DNA of 64,000 bases from Macrostomum lignano (Eukaryota): positions 185,617 to 249,616 of the forward strand of contig NIVC01001689.1 of the NCBI GenBank assembly GCA_002269645.1, written 5' to 3'. Positions 1-15,252 of this stretch are shown piece by piece. How positions within the stretch are numbered: position 1 is the first letter of the stretch; each line of letters starts with the position of its first letter. The position numbers and the translations under genes were made by a program. Below the pieces are notes generated by a model. That model was not told where the DNA came from and ran no database searches. It saw only the letters and a program-made list of their open reading frames with translations.

Positions 1-431
1 ATTCCATGACCAATTAAAACTAATTGGCATGCAATTTGAGGCCATGCTCGCTGATGTCTCTGCTCTTACTGTGAGCTGTGGCTGTGGCTGTGGCTGTGGA
101 GGTCCCCACCGACAAATTATCAAGTTGAGAACAAAATGAGAGATTGTCGGTCTATGAGCTGCTTGTGAAAATTGTCTAATTATTGTTTTTTATTGTCTGC
201 GGAGACCAGGGGGGGTCGCGTTTTTTTCTGGAATCTTTCCGAACAAGAGTATGGCGAGCTGTATAGTTGCTGGGCTGGCTCTGTACGTTCACGCGTGAAT
301 GTGTGAGAGAGTGCTGACCTGCCCGCGATGCTGGCTGGGTATCATTATGCAAAATAAATGGGGAGATGGGGCAAGGAGGGAGATAGGGGAGACAGAGAGG
401 AAGACGGAGAGCGACAGACGGAGGCGAAGAA

Positions 432-990
432 GGAGACAGAGAGGGAGACAGAGAGGGAGACAGAGAGGGATACAGAGAGGGAGACAGAGAGGGAGACAGA
501 GAGGGAGACAGAGAGGGAGACAGAGAGGGAGACAGAGAGGGAGACAGAGAGGGAGACAGAGAGGGAGACAGAGAGGGAGACAGAGAGGGAGACAGAGAGG
601 GAGACAGAGAGGGAGACAGAGAGGGAGACAGAGAGGGAGACAGAGAGGGAGACAGAGAGGGAGACAGACGGAGACAAAGAGGGAGACAGAGAGGGAGACA
701 GAGAGGGAGACAGAGAGGGAGACAGAGAGGGAGACAGAGAGGGAGACAGAGAGGGAGACAGAGAGGGAGACAGAGAGGGAGACAGAGAGGGAGACAGAGA
801 GGGAGACAGAGAGGGAGACAGAGAGGGAGACAGAGAGGGAGACAGAGGGGGAGACAGAGAGGGAGACAGAGAGGGAGACAGAGAGGGAGACAGAGAGGGA
901 GACCGAGAGGGATACAGAGAGGGATACAGAGAGGGAGACAGAGAGGGAGACAGAGAGCGAGACAGAGAGGGAGACAGAGAGGGAGACAGA
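432..990 (+). repeat. 12-bp minisatellite (GAGACAGAGAGG)n
   Basis: About 46 near-perfect copies read directly; the ETER/GDRE/LPLC ORFs here are artefacts of the array. Confidence 0.97.
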
Positions 991-1459
991 GAAACCAAGA
1001 GTTCATACAGGCAAATCTGCCAAAGCCGCCTCAGCCCGCACTCAGCTCAACATGCTCAAAGAGTCTTCTTTTCCCCCAAGCCGCCGCAGTGGCCTCCAGA
1101 ACGAGTCGGCACTGAGAATGCAATTTTCTCAGAATGCAGGGGTTGCTGGGCGGGCCGGACAGACAGTGAGGCAGGAGTCAATCAGAATCCCAGCGAGTCC
1201 CTTGTCAGACTTGATTTGCCTTTTGCCCGTTCCGTCAATTCAAACCGCCGCTGTGGCCGACTGTCCCTGGGATAATGAGGATTTCATAAAGCTATTCGAA
1301 TTCGAATTCCAGAGGTGGACAGGCGAAGGTGACGTCCTTTTTAATGCGTTCGAATTGAGCGAAGGTGGATGGGAAGGGGCCGTTTGAGAGGAATTTGGAC
1401 TGCTTCTCTGCGGTCTTTTTCACTTCTCTTCTTGCTCTGGCGAAACTTACTTCATTGAA

Positions 1460-2460
1460 CCCTTCATACCCACCTTCTCCCTTCATCTCTCTACCTCTCT
1501 CCCTTCATCTCTCCATCTCTGTCTTCATGCCCACCTTCTCCCTTCATCTCTCTACCTCTCTCCCTTCATCTCTCTATCTCTGTCTTCATACCCACCTTCT
1601 CCCTTCATCTCTCTACCTCTCCCTTCATCTCTCTACCTCTCCCTTCATCTCTCTATCTCTGTCTTCATACCCACCTTCTCCCTTCATCTCTCTACCTCTC
1701 TCCCTTCATCTCTCTATCTCTGTCTTCATGCCCACCTTCTCCCTTCATCTCTCTACCTCTCCCTTCATCTCTCTATCTCTGTCTTCATACCCACCTTCTC
1801 CCTTCATCTCTCTACCTCTCTCCCTTCATCTCTCTATCTCTGTCTTCATCTCTTTACCTCTCCCTTCATCTCTCTACCTCTCTCCCTTCATCTCTCTATC
1901 TCTGTCTTCATACCCACCTTCTCCCTTCATCTCTCTACCTCTCTCCCTTCATCTCTCCATCTCTGTCTTCATGCCCACCTTCTCCCTTCATCTCTCTACC
2001 TCTGCCTTCATCTCTCTATCTCTGCCTTCATACCCACCTTCTCCCTTCATCTCTCTACCTTTCTCCCTTCATCTCTCTATCTCTGCCTTCATACCCACCT
2101 TCTCCCTTCATCTCTCTACCTCTCCCTTCATCTCTCTACCTCTACCTTCATCTCTTTACCTCTCCCTTCATCTCTCTACCTCTCCCTTCATCTCTTTACC
2201 TCTCCCTTCATCTCTCTACCTCTCCCTTCATCTCTTTACCTCTCCCTTCATCTCTCTAACCTCTCCCTTCATCTATTTACCTCTCCCTTCATCTCTCTAC
2301 CTCTCCCTTCATCTCTCTACCTCTCCCTTCATCTCTCTACCTCTCCCTTCATCTCTCTATCTCCCTTTATCTTTCTACCTCTCCCTTTATCTTTCTACCT
2401 CTCCATTCATCTCTGTACCTCTCATACACCTCTCTACTTCTCAGTTCAGCTCTCTACCTC
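1460..2460 (+). repeat. CT-rich composite minisatellite (core CCCTTCATCTCTCTACCTCT)
   Basis: Repeated 18-22-bp units with a longer ...CTGTCTTCATACCCACCTTCT variant. Confidence 0.95.
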
Positions 2461-3552
2461 TCCGTTTTGCTGTTGAACTTAAATTTTGCCTCTTTCGCCC
2501 CAGAATCCCACTCCATCATCGCATATCTGAGCCCATCGCCCCGCAGTCCAATTTCAACACCTCAGCGGCTGCCTCCCACCAGACCAGCGAATTCCCCAGA
2601 CGGTCCCCAGTTAACAATCCTTGACTCACCTCTCCTCTTATGCAACCCGCCGCCTCCCCTTAACTCATTCCACTCTGCCGCCCCCGTGTCAAACCGTAAA
2701 GAAAATTCATTTTCATTTTTCCCTCTCGCTCTGCGACTTCTCGACAGTCGTCAATTTAGCAAACTCCCCGATTCCCAATTTTTTTTATTACCGCCTTTCA
2801 TCTCCTCATCCCGGGCCGTGATTGCGGGGCTCCCAGCGCAGTGCCAGATATGACTGGGGGGGGGGGCGAGGAGTTCCGCGGACGCAGCCTCTGGGATGAA
2901 GGATTTGGCGAGCTTGAAAATGTGTGAAAACCGCAGCTACACCAATTCCGCTGAATACGTAGGCGGTCACAGCGCTCACACGGGTGCACAGCGGCACTGA
3001 CCAGTTCATCAAATTAGCAGTCGTTTAGGTTACTCGAGTTAAGCTTCTTAGGTAAAGAATAAGCCTATAAGCCAAGGGTGTTCGAGAAGTGGGTTGCTTG
3101 TCCTCAGTCAGTCTCCACTCCAGTTAGCTCAGTCTAGCAGTCCTTGACTCTGAGACGGTTGGAGGACCCAGCCAACTCATTCAACGCATAATTTATGCCT
3201 GGCGCGGCGGCTGGGGAAACCGCAAAGATTATCAGGTGGAAGCTCTGCCCCCCCCCCCCTAGGCGGGGCCCAATTCCCCGCCTGATATCTGGGCGAGCAG
3301 TTTATGCATATTTTCACGCAGTCGCAGCGCCGCCAAAATTGATTGCATCATTTCTTCGACGGGTCAGCAGAGCTGCTCAATGCCAGTGAGGGCAGTGATT
3401 CGAGCTCAGCTCACTGCTGCTTGCTGCCGGCTTTTGCTTTGGAAGCGTGCAGATTTTCTGCGGTCTACAAGTTTTAGGGGAAATTTAGCGAGAAACTCAT
3501 CTCTGGGAGAGAGAAGGACAGGGAAGGGTAGACAGAGACTTAATGAGAGCAA

Positions 3553-5730
3553 GAGGGAGACCGAGAGAGGGAGACTGAGAGAGGGAGACTGATAGGGAGA
3601 CTGAGAGGAGAGGCAGACTGAGATGAGAGGGAGACTGAGAAAGGGAGACTGAGATGAGAGGAAGACTGAGAGAGGGAGACTGAGATGAGAGGAAGACTGA
3701 GAGAGGGAGACTGATAGTGAGACTGAGATGAGAGGGAGACTGAGAGAGGGAGACTGAGATGAGAGGGAGACTGAGATGAGAGGGAGACTGAGAGAGGGAG
3801 ACTGAGATGAGAGGGAGACTGAGAGAGGGAGACTGAGATGAGAGGAAGACTGAGAGAGGGAGACTGAGAGAGGGAGACTGAGAGAGGGAGACTGATAGTG
3901 AGACTGAGATGAGAGGGAGACTGAGAGAGGGAGACTGAGATGAGAGGGAGACTGAGAGAGGGAGACTGAGATGAGAGGGAGACTGAGAGAGGGAGACTGA
4001 GATGAGAGGGAGACTGAGAGAGGGAGACTGAGATGAGAGGGAGACTGAGAGAGGGAGACTGAGAGAGGGAGACTGAGAGAGGGAGACTGAGAGAGGGAGA
4101 CTGAGATGAGAGGAAGACTGAGAGAGGGAGACTGAGATGAGAGGAAGACTGAGAGAGGGAGACTGATAGTGAGACTGAGATGAGAGGGAGACTGAGAGAG
4201 GGAGACTGAGATGAGAGGGAGACTGAGAGAGGGAGACTGAGATGAGAGGAAGACTGAGAGAGGGAGACTGAGAGAGGGAGACTGAGAGAGGGAGACTGAG
4301 ATGAGAGGAAGACTGAGAGAGGGAGACTGAGAGAGGGAGACTGAGATGAGAGGGAGACTGAGAGAGGGAGACTGAGATGAGAGGGAGACTGAGAGAGGGA
4401 GACTGAGATGAGAGGAAGACTGAGAGAGGGAGACTGAGAGAGGGAGACTGAGAGAGGGAGACTGAGATGAGAGGAAGACTGAGAGAGGGAGACTGAGAGA
4501 GGGAGACTGAGATGAGAGGGAGACTGAGAGAGGGAGACTGAGATGAGAGGGAGACTGAGAGAGGGAGACTGAGATGAGAGGAAGACTGAGAGAGGGAGAC
4601 TGAGAGAGGGAGACTGATAGTGAGACTGAGATGAGAGGGAGACTGAGAGAGGGAGACTGAGATGAGAGGGAGACTGAGAGAGGGAGACTGAGATGAGAGG
4701 GAGACTGAGAGAGGGAGACTGAGATGAGAGGGAGACTGAGAGAGGGAGACTGAGATGAGAGGGAGACTGAGAGAGGGAGACTGAGAGAGGGAGACTGAGA
4801 GAGGGAGACTGAGAGAGGGAGACTGAGATGAGAGGAAGACTGAGAGAGGGAGACTGAGATGAGAGGAAGACTGAGAGAGGGAGACTGATAGTGAGACTGA
4901 GATGAGAGGGAGACTGAGAGAGGGAGACTGATAGTGAGACTGAGATGAGAGGGAGACTGAGAGAGGGAGACTGATAGTGAGACTGAGATGAGAGGGAGAC
5001 TGAGAGAGGGAGACTGATAGTGAGACTGAGATGAGAGGGAGACTGAGAGAGGGAGACTGATAGTGAGACTGAGATGAGAGGGAGACTGAGAGAGGGAGAC
5101 TGATAGTGAGACTGAGATGAGAGGGAGACTGAGAGAGGGAGACTGATAGTGAGACTGAGATGAGAGGGAGACTGAGAGAGAGAGAGACTGATAGTGAGAC
5201 TGAGATGAGAGGGAGACTGAGAGAGGGAGACTGATAGTGAGACTGAGATGAGAGGGAGACTGAGAGAGGGAGACTGATAGTGAGACTGAGATGAGAGGGA
5301 GACTGAGAGAGGGAGACTGATAGTGAGACTGAGATGAGAGGGAGACTGAGAGAGGGAGACTGATAGTGAGACTGAGATGAGAGGGAGACTGAGAGAGGGA
5401 GACTGATAGTGAGACTGAGATGAGAGGGAGACTGAGAGAGGGAGACTGATAGTGAGACTGAGATGAGAGGGAGACTGAGAGAGGGAGACTGATAGTGAGA
5501 CTGAGATGAGAGGGAGACTGAGAGAGGGAGACTGATAGTGAGACTGAGATGAGAGGGAGACTGAGAGAGGGAGACTGATAGTGAGACTGAGATGAGAGGG
5601 AGACTGAGAGAGGGAGACTGATAGTGAGACTGAGATGAGAGGGAGACTGAGAGAGGGAGACTGATAGTGAGACTGAGATGAGAGGGAGACTGAGAGAGGG
5701 AGACTGATAGTGAGACTGAGATGAGAGGGA
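3553..5730 (+). repeat. GAGACT-based composite satellite with a 43-bp higher-order unit in the distal part
   Basis: Units GATAGTGAGACT (12) + GAGATGAGAGGGAGACT (17) + GAGAGAGGGAGACT (14); regular 43-bp period from about 4885 to 5730. Confidence 0.95.
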
Positions 5731-6024
5731 GTAACCCGGGCCACAGCAGAGGACATCTGGATCTCCCTATTTTCCCAAGGAAGAGATGTCAGAAGCAAGT
5801 TTGGCGGGGGGGGGGGAGTTCGCGCAGCCTGGGAGATGAATTGGTGGCAGCGGGTGTTTCCATGCGATGCCCCCTCAAGCCCGTGTTTTCCTTGGCGAAG
5901 CCCCTTGTCAGCTGGTGGCGTTCAATCAGCCTGGGAATGCGGCTGGCAGTCTCTCAAGTTTTTAACACTAAAATTTGTCTGCTAAAAATGGTTTTTATTT
6001 TGCACAGATTTGGGTCCGGAGAAG

Positions 6025-6800
6025 AGAGATGGAGAGGTGGATGGAGAGAAAGGAGAGGGAGATGGAGAGAGAAAGAGAGAAGAATGTGGAGATAAAGCCT
6101 TAGAAGAAGAGGAAGAAGGAGATGCAGAGGAGAGGGATAAGGAGAAGGAGATAGAGAAGGATAGGGGTGGAGAAGGAGAGGGAGAGACAGATGGAGAGCG
6201 AGGGAGATGGAGAAGGAGAGGGAGAAGGAGAAGGAGAGGCGTGGAGAAGGAGAGGGAGATGGAGAAGGAGAAGGAGAAGGAGATGGAGGAGAAGGAGAGG
6301 GAGATGGAGAAGGAGAGGGAGATAGAGAAGGAGAGGGAGATAGAGAAGGAGAGGGAGATGGGGAAGGAGAGGGAGAAGGAGAAGGAGAGGCGTGGAGAAG
6401 GAGAGGGAGATGGAGAAGGAGAGGGAGATGGAGAAGGAGAGGCGTGGAGAAGGAGAGGGAGATAGAGAAGGAGAGGGAGATGGAGAAGGAGAGGGAGAAG
6501 GAGAAGGAGAGGCGTGGAGAAGGAGAGGGAGATGGAGAAGGTGAAGGAGAAGGAGATGGAGGAGAAGGAGAGGGAGATGGAGAAGGAGAGGGAGATGGGG
6601 AAGGAGAGGGAGATAGAGAAGGAGAGGGAGATGGGAAGGAGAGGGAGATGGGGAAGGAGAGGGAGATGGGGAAGGAGAGGGAGATGGGGAAGGAGAGGGA
6701 GATGGGGAAGGAGAGGGAGATGGGGAAGGAGAGGGAGATGGGAAGAGAGGAGAGGGGGAATGGGAAGGAGAGGAGGGGTGAGAGGAAGAGGAGTCAGAGA
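6025..6800 (+). repeat. Purine-rich minisatellite (GGAGAAGGAGAGGGAGAT)n
   Basis: 18-bp unit with variants; almost no pyrimidines on +. Confidence 0.92.
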
Positions 6801-7613
6801 CAGAATGCGGGACAGCATTAGCAAACAGGGGGGGGGGGGCAGCTGAAGTAAAAAAAAGCAGCACAGCAGCAATGAAAGCCCATCTTGAAGAGAAAAGGCG
6901 CCACCAGACGAGCGAAGCCCCACTGCGGTTTTCATTCTCTGCTGAGTTGTGCGGCAACGGGCAGGGAATTCCAGCACCGATACCGACTTAACGGCTCACG
7001 GACAAAGGAAACCGACTCAGTGTCCGAGAGAGGGCAGAGGAGAAACTGCTGGGAGGCCGCCTACTTGTCCCGCCAATTGAGGGAAAGTGAGATGGGAAGA
7101 ATCGAGGAGAGAGGCGAGATGGCCGGATGCGGCCGGGTTGAGTCACTTTCCCTGGCGCTGACTCACGACTGGCGATTCTCATTTCCCAGAAAGAGTTCGA
7201 GCGGCTTCCACCGGCCGATCTTAAATTTCGATTCCGTCGTTTTTTTGAAAAAATGTTTTTTAAAAATATCCTAGTGGTATCTGGGCTGTCCGATAGCCGG
7301 AACACGATGCTGGATACAGCTCAACGTGAGCACATCCCGGACCCAGCTAGCGGACAGCGGGTCTGTATCCGACTGCCCGAATCGCTTGGCCGCCGCCCGC
7401 CTCGATGCTCATTGCAACACAGCTGCTGAATTTTTCAATTGCTACACTTGGCTGACATCTCCGTCTCTTCTGGAAGACTCTTTCAGATTTCTGTTGAAAC
7501 TGTTGCGATTCTGGGTGAAATTTTTGCTGATTCTTGACACCGAGACTGTTTCTCCTGATGCAGCTGCCAGACAGCCTCATCATTCCGTGTCATAGACTGA
7601 GAGAGGATCAAAT

Positions 7614-8240
7614 AGCTATCGGCGCTTAAATCTATGAGCTATTAGCGCTAAAATCTAAGAGGTACTGGCGCTTAAATCTTGACACTCTATCGGCGCTTAA
7701 ATCTAGGAGCTATTGGCGCTAAAATCTAGGAGCTATTGGCGCTAAAATCTAGGAGCTATTAGCGCTTAAATCTAGGAGCTATTGGCGCTTAAATCTAGGA
7801 ACTATTGGCGCTAAAATCTATTAGCTATTAGCGCTTAAATCTAAGAGGTACTGGCGCTTAAATCTTGGAACTCTATCGGCGCTTAAATATAAGAGCTATT
7901 GGCGCTAAAATCTAGTAGCTATTGGCGCTAAAATCTAAGAGGTACTGGCGCTTAAATCTATGAGCTATTGGCCCTAAAATCTATGAGCTATTGGCGCTAA
8001 AATCTAAGAGGTACTGGCACTTAAATCTTGGAACTCTATCGGCGCTTAAATCTAGGAGCTATTGGCGCTAAAATCTAGGGGCTATCGGCGCTTAAATCTA
8101 AGAGCCATCGGCGCTTAAATCTAGGAGGTATTGGCACTAAAATCTAAGAGCTACTGGCGCTAAAATCTAGGAGCTACTCGCGCTAAAATCTAGGAGCTAC
8201 TCGCGCTAAAATCTGAAACAAAGAGACCAATAGCGCTAAA
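7614..8240 (+). repeat. 23-bp minisatellite GGAGCTATTGGCGCTAAAATCTA
   Basis: About 26 divergent copies; the core TTGGCGCTAAAATCT is shared with the array at 23786-24245. Confidence 0.93.
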
Positions 8241-8956
8241 ATGTAGACATGTGAGGCTATTTAACATTGGCAAGACTCCTTCAACCAGCTCAAGGCCCCC
8301 CACCCCAATCCGCTGTAATTAACTGAATGGCCGAGGCCCCCACATCAACGTGATGCTGGCCCCGACATCAGGAATGGAGCATCGCACACAGTAGGGATTA
8401 ACTCGTTATGGATTTGAAGATTAGCAGCAAAAATGAGCGCTGCAGCTTCGCCCATCTTTTCCTACTCGGAGTTAACCAGCTTCTGGTTTCTGGGCTGGTC
8501 CGAGTTTACTCCTCAAGCTGAGTAGATAAGAAAGCTTGTGAGCTGCTACTCAGCCAAATCAAAATTTTTGTTGCCATTGAAGATTAGCGGATTGCGCAAC
8601 CGGCGGCCATTGTGAAACCGTAAGTGCTTACTTCTGTTTCAACTCTCGGTTGCATTGAGAACTGCTCATTTTCCTGCATTTGCTGGTTCCGCTGCTCAGG
8701 CTCCCTGAGCTGGCCGTAAATCTGTTTGCTTTCTTCTCCTGCATCAGCTGGTGAGCTGTCGGTTGCTTCTCACGATCGGAAATGGCGATCAAAGAATTGA
8801 GCAGATTGGAGTGAAACCCGGGATCAAGCGGTGCCGCTGCCGCCTGCTCCCAGCTCACGGACCGGCTCACAAATCGTTTGATTTTCACGAGATAAGAAGC
8901 TTTTAGCCTTGTTGAGCACTGAATTTTAACAATAATGAGTTCCCGAGGTTCCGTAG

Positions 8957-9495
<539 letters not shown>

Positions 9496-10607
9496 CTGCT
9501 GTTTTTCAGTTGCTTACAAGAGGAGCTGCTCAAAGCTCTACTCAGAGTTGAGAAATGAGCACAGAACGCCAACCCAGCCATGGAAAAACACGGAAATCTG
9601 AGGATTCATCTTAGAAAGGGAGATGAAGACGTCAGCTTGGTCCCAGCCTCAGACCAGCAGAAATCGGACACCTCGGCACCAAGGGATAAATTAGCAGCCC
9701 AAGTCAGCGACCTGCCAGCCGGGGATTTCTGGGCACGGGAAGAAAGCGGGGGCGGAGAGGGCTGGGGTCGGACCTGAGGTTGGCTTGGCTCTGGATGAAA
9801 AAAGCATGATTGTACTCATATAGCTCGTGCGTTTGTGCACTGGCTCAGGGACTAGGAAGGAGGATGCATTACATTCTCTTTTCTAAGAAACACAAGAGCA
9901 ACCCGACACCTGGGCCGGCTCCCGATAGAGCGCTTCACAGGTAATCTAATTTACAACCCTTAATTTCCATAACATTAAATATTTGTAACAATAAACTTCC
10001 CAAATCCAATATAAACTTCCCCAACCAGAAACTTCCCAGGCACGAAAATCCCCATTAGAGCCTAAAGCAAGGCTCAGAGCCATATTAGGACGTACACTAA
10101 CCAGAGTATTAATTCCATAATGCAACTCCAGATGTAAGTCAGTTGTGCTCGGTTTGCCTGCACTAACCGGCTTAGCTAACAGATTACCCATCTAAATAAG
10201 TGAGCAGAGCCGCATCATTTTCGCGCCACTGAGCAGCTGGGACGCCTGCCCAGCAACTGGCGCTGGTCGATCGCCCTGTGGCTTCTGCACCGCATTTTCC
10301 TGTCGCTAAGCCAGCCAGCCGTCTCAGCCAGCACAACTCGACCCTCTGGCCTCGAGGCGTCAAGTGCCAGGCCTTTCCCATTGCTGCCTGTACACAGCTG
10401 ACCCAAATAAGATGCAGCATTGGAGTGCGGCCCCCTCCTCAGGCGCTCTCATTTGCTTAGTTGTCATATTGCGAGGCCCGCGTCCGCCCCGACTTAATCC
10501 GAGTTCAATGACGCTCGTGACCTGGTGGCTCCGGCCGCTAATCAGCTGCCACAAATGCTGGAGCGAGCCTTAAGCTCAAGAACGCAGGGAGCTCAGTTTA
10601 TTGAGGA

Positions 10608-12022
10608 AGATGAGAGAGGAGACAGAGGGGGAAAAGAGAGAAAGAAGGGGAGAAAGAGAGAGAGAGAGAAGGGGAGGTGAGAGAGAGATGGGGAGATGAG
10701 AGAGAAGGGGAGATGAGAGAGAAGGGGAGATAAGAGAGAAGTGGATAAGAGAGAGAAGGGGACGTGAGAGAGAGAAGGGGTGATGGAGAGAGAGAAGGGG
10801 ACGTGAGAGAGAGAAGGGGTGATGGAGAGAGAGAAGGGGACGTGAGAGAGAGATGGGGAGATGAGAGAGAGATGGGGAGATGAGAGAGAAGGGGAGATGA
10901 GAGAGAGATGGGGAGATGAGAGAGAAGGGGAGATGAGAGAGAAGGGGAGGAGAGAGAGAAGTGGATAAGAGAGAGAAGGGGACGTGAGAGAGAGAAGGGG
11001 TGATGGAGAGAGAGAAGGGGACGTGAGAGAGAGATGGGGAGATGAGAGAGAGATGGGGAGATGAGAGAGAAGGGGAGATGAGAGAGAAGGGGAGATGAGA
11101 GAGAGAAGGGGACGTGAGAGAGAGAAGGGGTGATGGAGAGAGAGAAGGGGACGTGAGAGAGAGAGATGGGGAGATGAGAGAGAAGGGGAGATGAGAGAGA
11201 AGGGGAGATGAGAGAGAAGGGGAGATGAGAGAGAGAAGGGGACGTGAGAGAGAGAAGGGGTGATGGAGAGAGAGAAGGGGACGTGAGAGAGAGAGATGGG
11301 GAGATGAGAGAGAAGGGGAGATGAGAGAGAAGGGGAGATGAGAGAGAAGGGGAGATGAGAGAGAGAAGGGGACGTGAGAGAGAGAAGGGGTGATGGAGAG
11401 AAAGAAGGGGACGTGAGAGAGAGATGGGGAGATGAGAGAGAAGGGGTGATGAGAGAGAAGGGGAGATGAGAGAGAAGGGGAGATGAGAGAGAAGGGGAGA
11501 TAAGAGAGAAGTGGATAAGAGAGAGAAGGGGACGTGAGAGAGAGAAGGGGTGATGGAGAGAGAGAAGGGGACGTGAGAGAGAGAAGGGGTGATGGAGAGA
11601 GAGAAGGGGACGTGAGAGAGAGATGGGGAGATGAGAGAGAGATGGGGAGATGAGAGAGAAGGGGAGATGAGAGAGAAGGGGAGGAGAGAGAGAAGTGGAT
11701 AAGAGAGAGAAGGGGACGTGAGAGAGAGAAGGGGTGATGGAGAGAGAGAAGGGGACGTGAGAGAGAGAAGGGGTGATGGAGAGAGAGAAGGGGACGTGAG
11801 AGAGAGAAGGGGTGATGGAGAGAGAGAAGGGGACGTGAGAGAGAGATGGGGAGATGAGAGAGAAGGGGAGATGAGAGAGAAGGGGAGATGAGAGAGAAGG
11901 GGTGATGAAGAGAGAGAAGGGGACGTGAGAGAGAAGGGGTGATGGAGAGAGAGAAGGGGAGAAAAGAGAGAATTGGATATGAGAGAGAGAGAGAGACAAC
12001 GGGATGAGAGAGAGAAAGAATG
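10608..12022 (+). repeat. Purine-rich composite minisatellite (GAGAGAAGGGGAGAT / GGGGACGTGAGAGAGAGAA / GGGGTGATGGAGAGAGAGAA)
   Basis: Read directly; the three long S/L/P-rich minus-strand ORFs are artefacts. Confidence 0.95.
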
Positions 12023-12500
12023 AGTGAGGAGCACACAAGAGTGGAGGCAGGCGGGCAGCACAGGTACTGATGCTGTTCAATCACCAGAAGCTTCTCCAAA
12101 GAATTCTATTCAACCGTCCACTGAAATTCTCGACAACTGTCTGCCAAAATTTCTAGAATTTTTTAGAAGTTCAAAGCATCAAGTTTTGCTTCCGGCATCC
12201 GGTAGGCAGAATGCCAAATTATTTATTGCCTGTGGCGACTCCTTGTTTCAACTTTTATCTCCGTGTAAAAGCAGATTCCGCAGCATTCCGCTTTGCAGCT
12301 GCCCAGTAAAGAGAAGAAGTGGAATCACGGCGGCAATAAACTGCAGAGATTCTGCCGTTCAGAAAACTGAAACATTTGGCTAGTAGATAGTCAAAGTACA
12401 CGCAAAGTGCAAATAACAAGATGCGCGAACACTGGAGTTCAGGGTCACGACGCAGCACAGCCATTAAATTATAAAATTGCCGACACGCGGAAGCATAGCC

Positions 12501-13361
12501 AGAGTGACACTGAGAGTGACATGGGGAGTGACAGGGAGAGTGACATGGAGACGGACACGGAGACTGACACGGAGAGTGACACGGAGAGTGACACGGAGAG
12601 TGACACGGAGAGTGACACGGAGAGTGACACTGAGAGTGACATGGGGAGTGACAGGGAGAGTGACATGGAGACGGACACGGAGACTGACACGGAGAGTGAC
12701 ACGGATAGTGACACGGAGAGTGACAGGGAAAGTGACACGGAGAGTGTCATGGAGACTGACAAGGAGAGTGACACGGAGAGTGACATGGAGAGTGACATGG
12801 AGAGTGACAAGGAGAGTGACACGGAGAGTGACACGGAGAGTGACACGGAGAGTGACACGGAGAGTGACACGGAGAGTGACATGGAGACGGACACGGAGAC
12901 TGACACGGAGAGTGACACGGATAGTGACACGGAGAGTGACAGGGAAAGTGACACGGAGAGTGTCATGGAGACTGACAAGGAGAGTGACACGGAGAGTGAC
13001 ATGGAGAGTGACATGGAGAGTGACAAGGAGAGTGACACGGAGAGTGACACGGAGAGTGACACGGAGAGTGACACGGAGAGTGACACGGAGAGTGACACGG
13101 AGAGTGACACGGAGAGTGACACGGAGAGTGACACGGAGAGTGACACGGAGAGTGACACGGAGAGTGACACGGAGAGTGACAGGGAAAGTGACACGGAGAG
13201 TGTCATGGAGACTGACACGGAGAGTGACATGGAGAGTGACAAGGAGAGTGACACGGAGAGTGACACGGAGAGTGACACGGAGAGTGACATGGAGAGTGAC
13301 ACGGAGAGTGACACGGAGAGTGACATGGAGAGTGACACGGAGAGTGACAAGGAGAGTGACA
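12501..13361 (+). repeat. 12-bp minisatellite (GAGAGTGACACG)n
   Basis: About 71 copies with substitution variants only; an internal block (about 12660-12880) recurs at about 12880-13060. Confidence 0.96.
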
Positions 13362-13744
13362 ATAGAGTGCGACATATATCTGCAGATTCTTCAGATGAGC
13401 ACTGAAGGAAGCTGAGCTGCAGCCAGAGGCCACAAAGCAATAAAAATTCTAAGCAGCTTCCATCAGAGGATCTCGAGATATCTGTGAGCAATTTTCATCA
13501 GTTTATCGCTCAAATCGTTCAAGTTTGGGATGACAGCTGGACAGTAGAATTAGCATAAATAGTGGGAACTTAATCCATCACCGAATCACGGGAAGTGGAG
13601 ACCGATTCCTAGAAATGCTGGAGCTTCCGGCACAGCCAGCTTTGGCGCACGTGTCCGCTTAGCCGGACTGAGTGAGATCTGATGAAGCAATCAGCATCCT
13701 GGCGTGTGCAGCCTCGGATTACCGACTCAACAGCTCTTGACTGC

Positions 13745-14141
<397 letters not shown>

Positions 14142-15087
14142 CATCTCGGGAACGCAGGAAGATCAGCAGCACAGCCCTTTCTCACTGCAAACGTGTCCAC
14201 AGGGGTCAGAGGCCGCGCATTCATATCTTCCCTTCAATCAAGCAGCGCTCCCGCCAGTTCATTGAATTCCCCAAGTTGGTTGCCTTCGATCTCCCGTTGA
14301 TTTCTGGGGATTTAAAGGGGCCGCCTTGAACGGGGGGCGCTCGGACGGGAGGCGCCCCGCAGCTCGGAGGCGTCATTAGGTCATAATCCCCATTCTGAAC
14401 CCTCGCGTCCACCTCCAATTACTGCGCCGGCAAAGTCGCCTGTCATATCGGCCTGCCTCTCTCTCAGAACGTCGTCACTTCCAGCAAAATTCCGTTTTTT
14501 TAGATTTTACATTTTTAAAGAACAGAAAAAGAATCAGCGCCGGCTGGTCATCCGCCTTCTCTTCATCTCTCAGGAGGCTGGGCGACAAGCCACACTGAAG
14601 TTGCCGCCGCGAGCGGCACCGCTTGATGTCGGATTTTCGCGGGGTGCACGGGGGTGGAGCCGGCAGACGCTCGGTAATTATTTTGATTACGTAATCCGGG
14701 GGCCGCTCTCTCTCACCCACTCCAGGCGCGGCCACGGCACCCCTCGCCACTCCACCAACCCCAGAGCCCAGCTGGCCGCTTGCGAATCTCTGGGGCGCTT
14801 TTTGGCGCTGCAGAGGGTCAGGAAAATACCTGGCCTGAGTGAGGGGGCCCAAGCTCTCTGGCCTCTATTATTGTGGGCGGTATTTTGCTTGGGGAGCTGT
14901 TAGATAATCAGCTGGCCTGAGATTGGGGCGCAAGACAGCGCACGGGCCTTCCCAAGAGCTCGGCATGACAGCGTCGGAGATGCACCTTCCTGCCAAATAA
15001 CAACAACTGACAGGGTGCTGCGCCGGCTGGCGACTTGGCTGGCGTGGGAGCGGCTGGAATTATATGGGAAACTGATCCTTGCTACAA

Positions 15088-15252
<165 letters not shown>

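Noticed and set aside
2-73. Possible exon end FHDQLKLIGMQFEAMLADVSALT followed by GTGAGC
   Set aside because: Too short and truncated by the window edge; no recognisable family and no matching downstream exon.
9940-10188. 8-bp inverted repeat GGTAATCT/AGATTACC flanking a 250-bp segment
   Set aside because: Too short to exceed chance, and only a 2-bp possible TSD.
12407-13405. 332-aa acidic ESDT-repeat ORF
   Set aside because: The 12-bp period keeps the frame automatically; there is no ATG start, splice context or homology. It cannot be excluded without RNA data.
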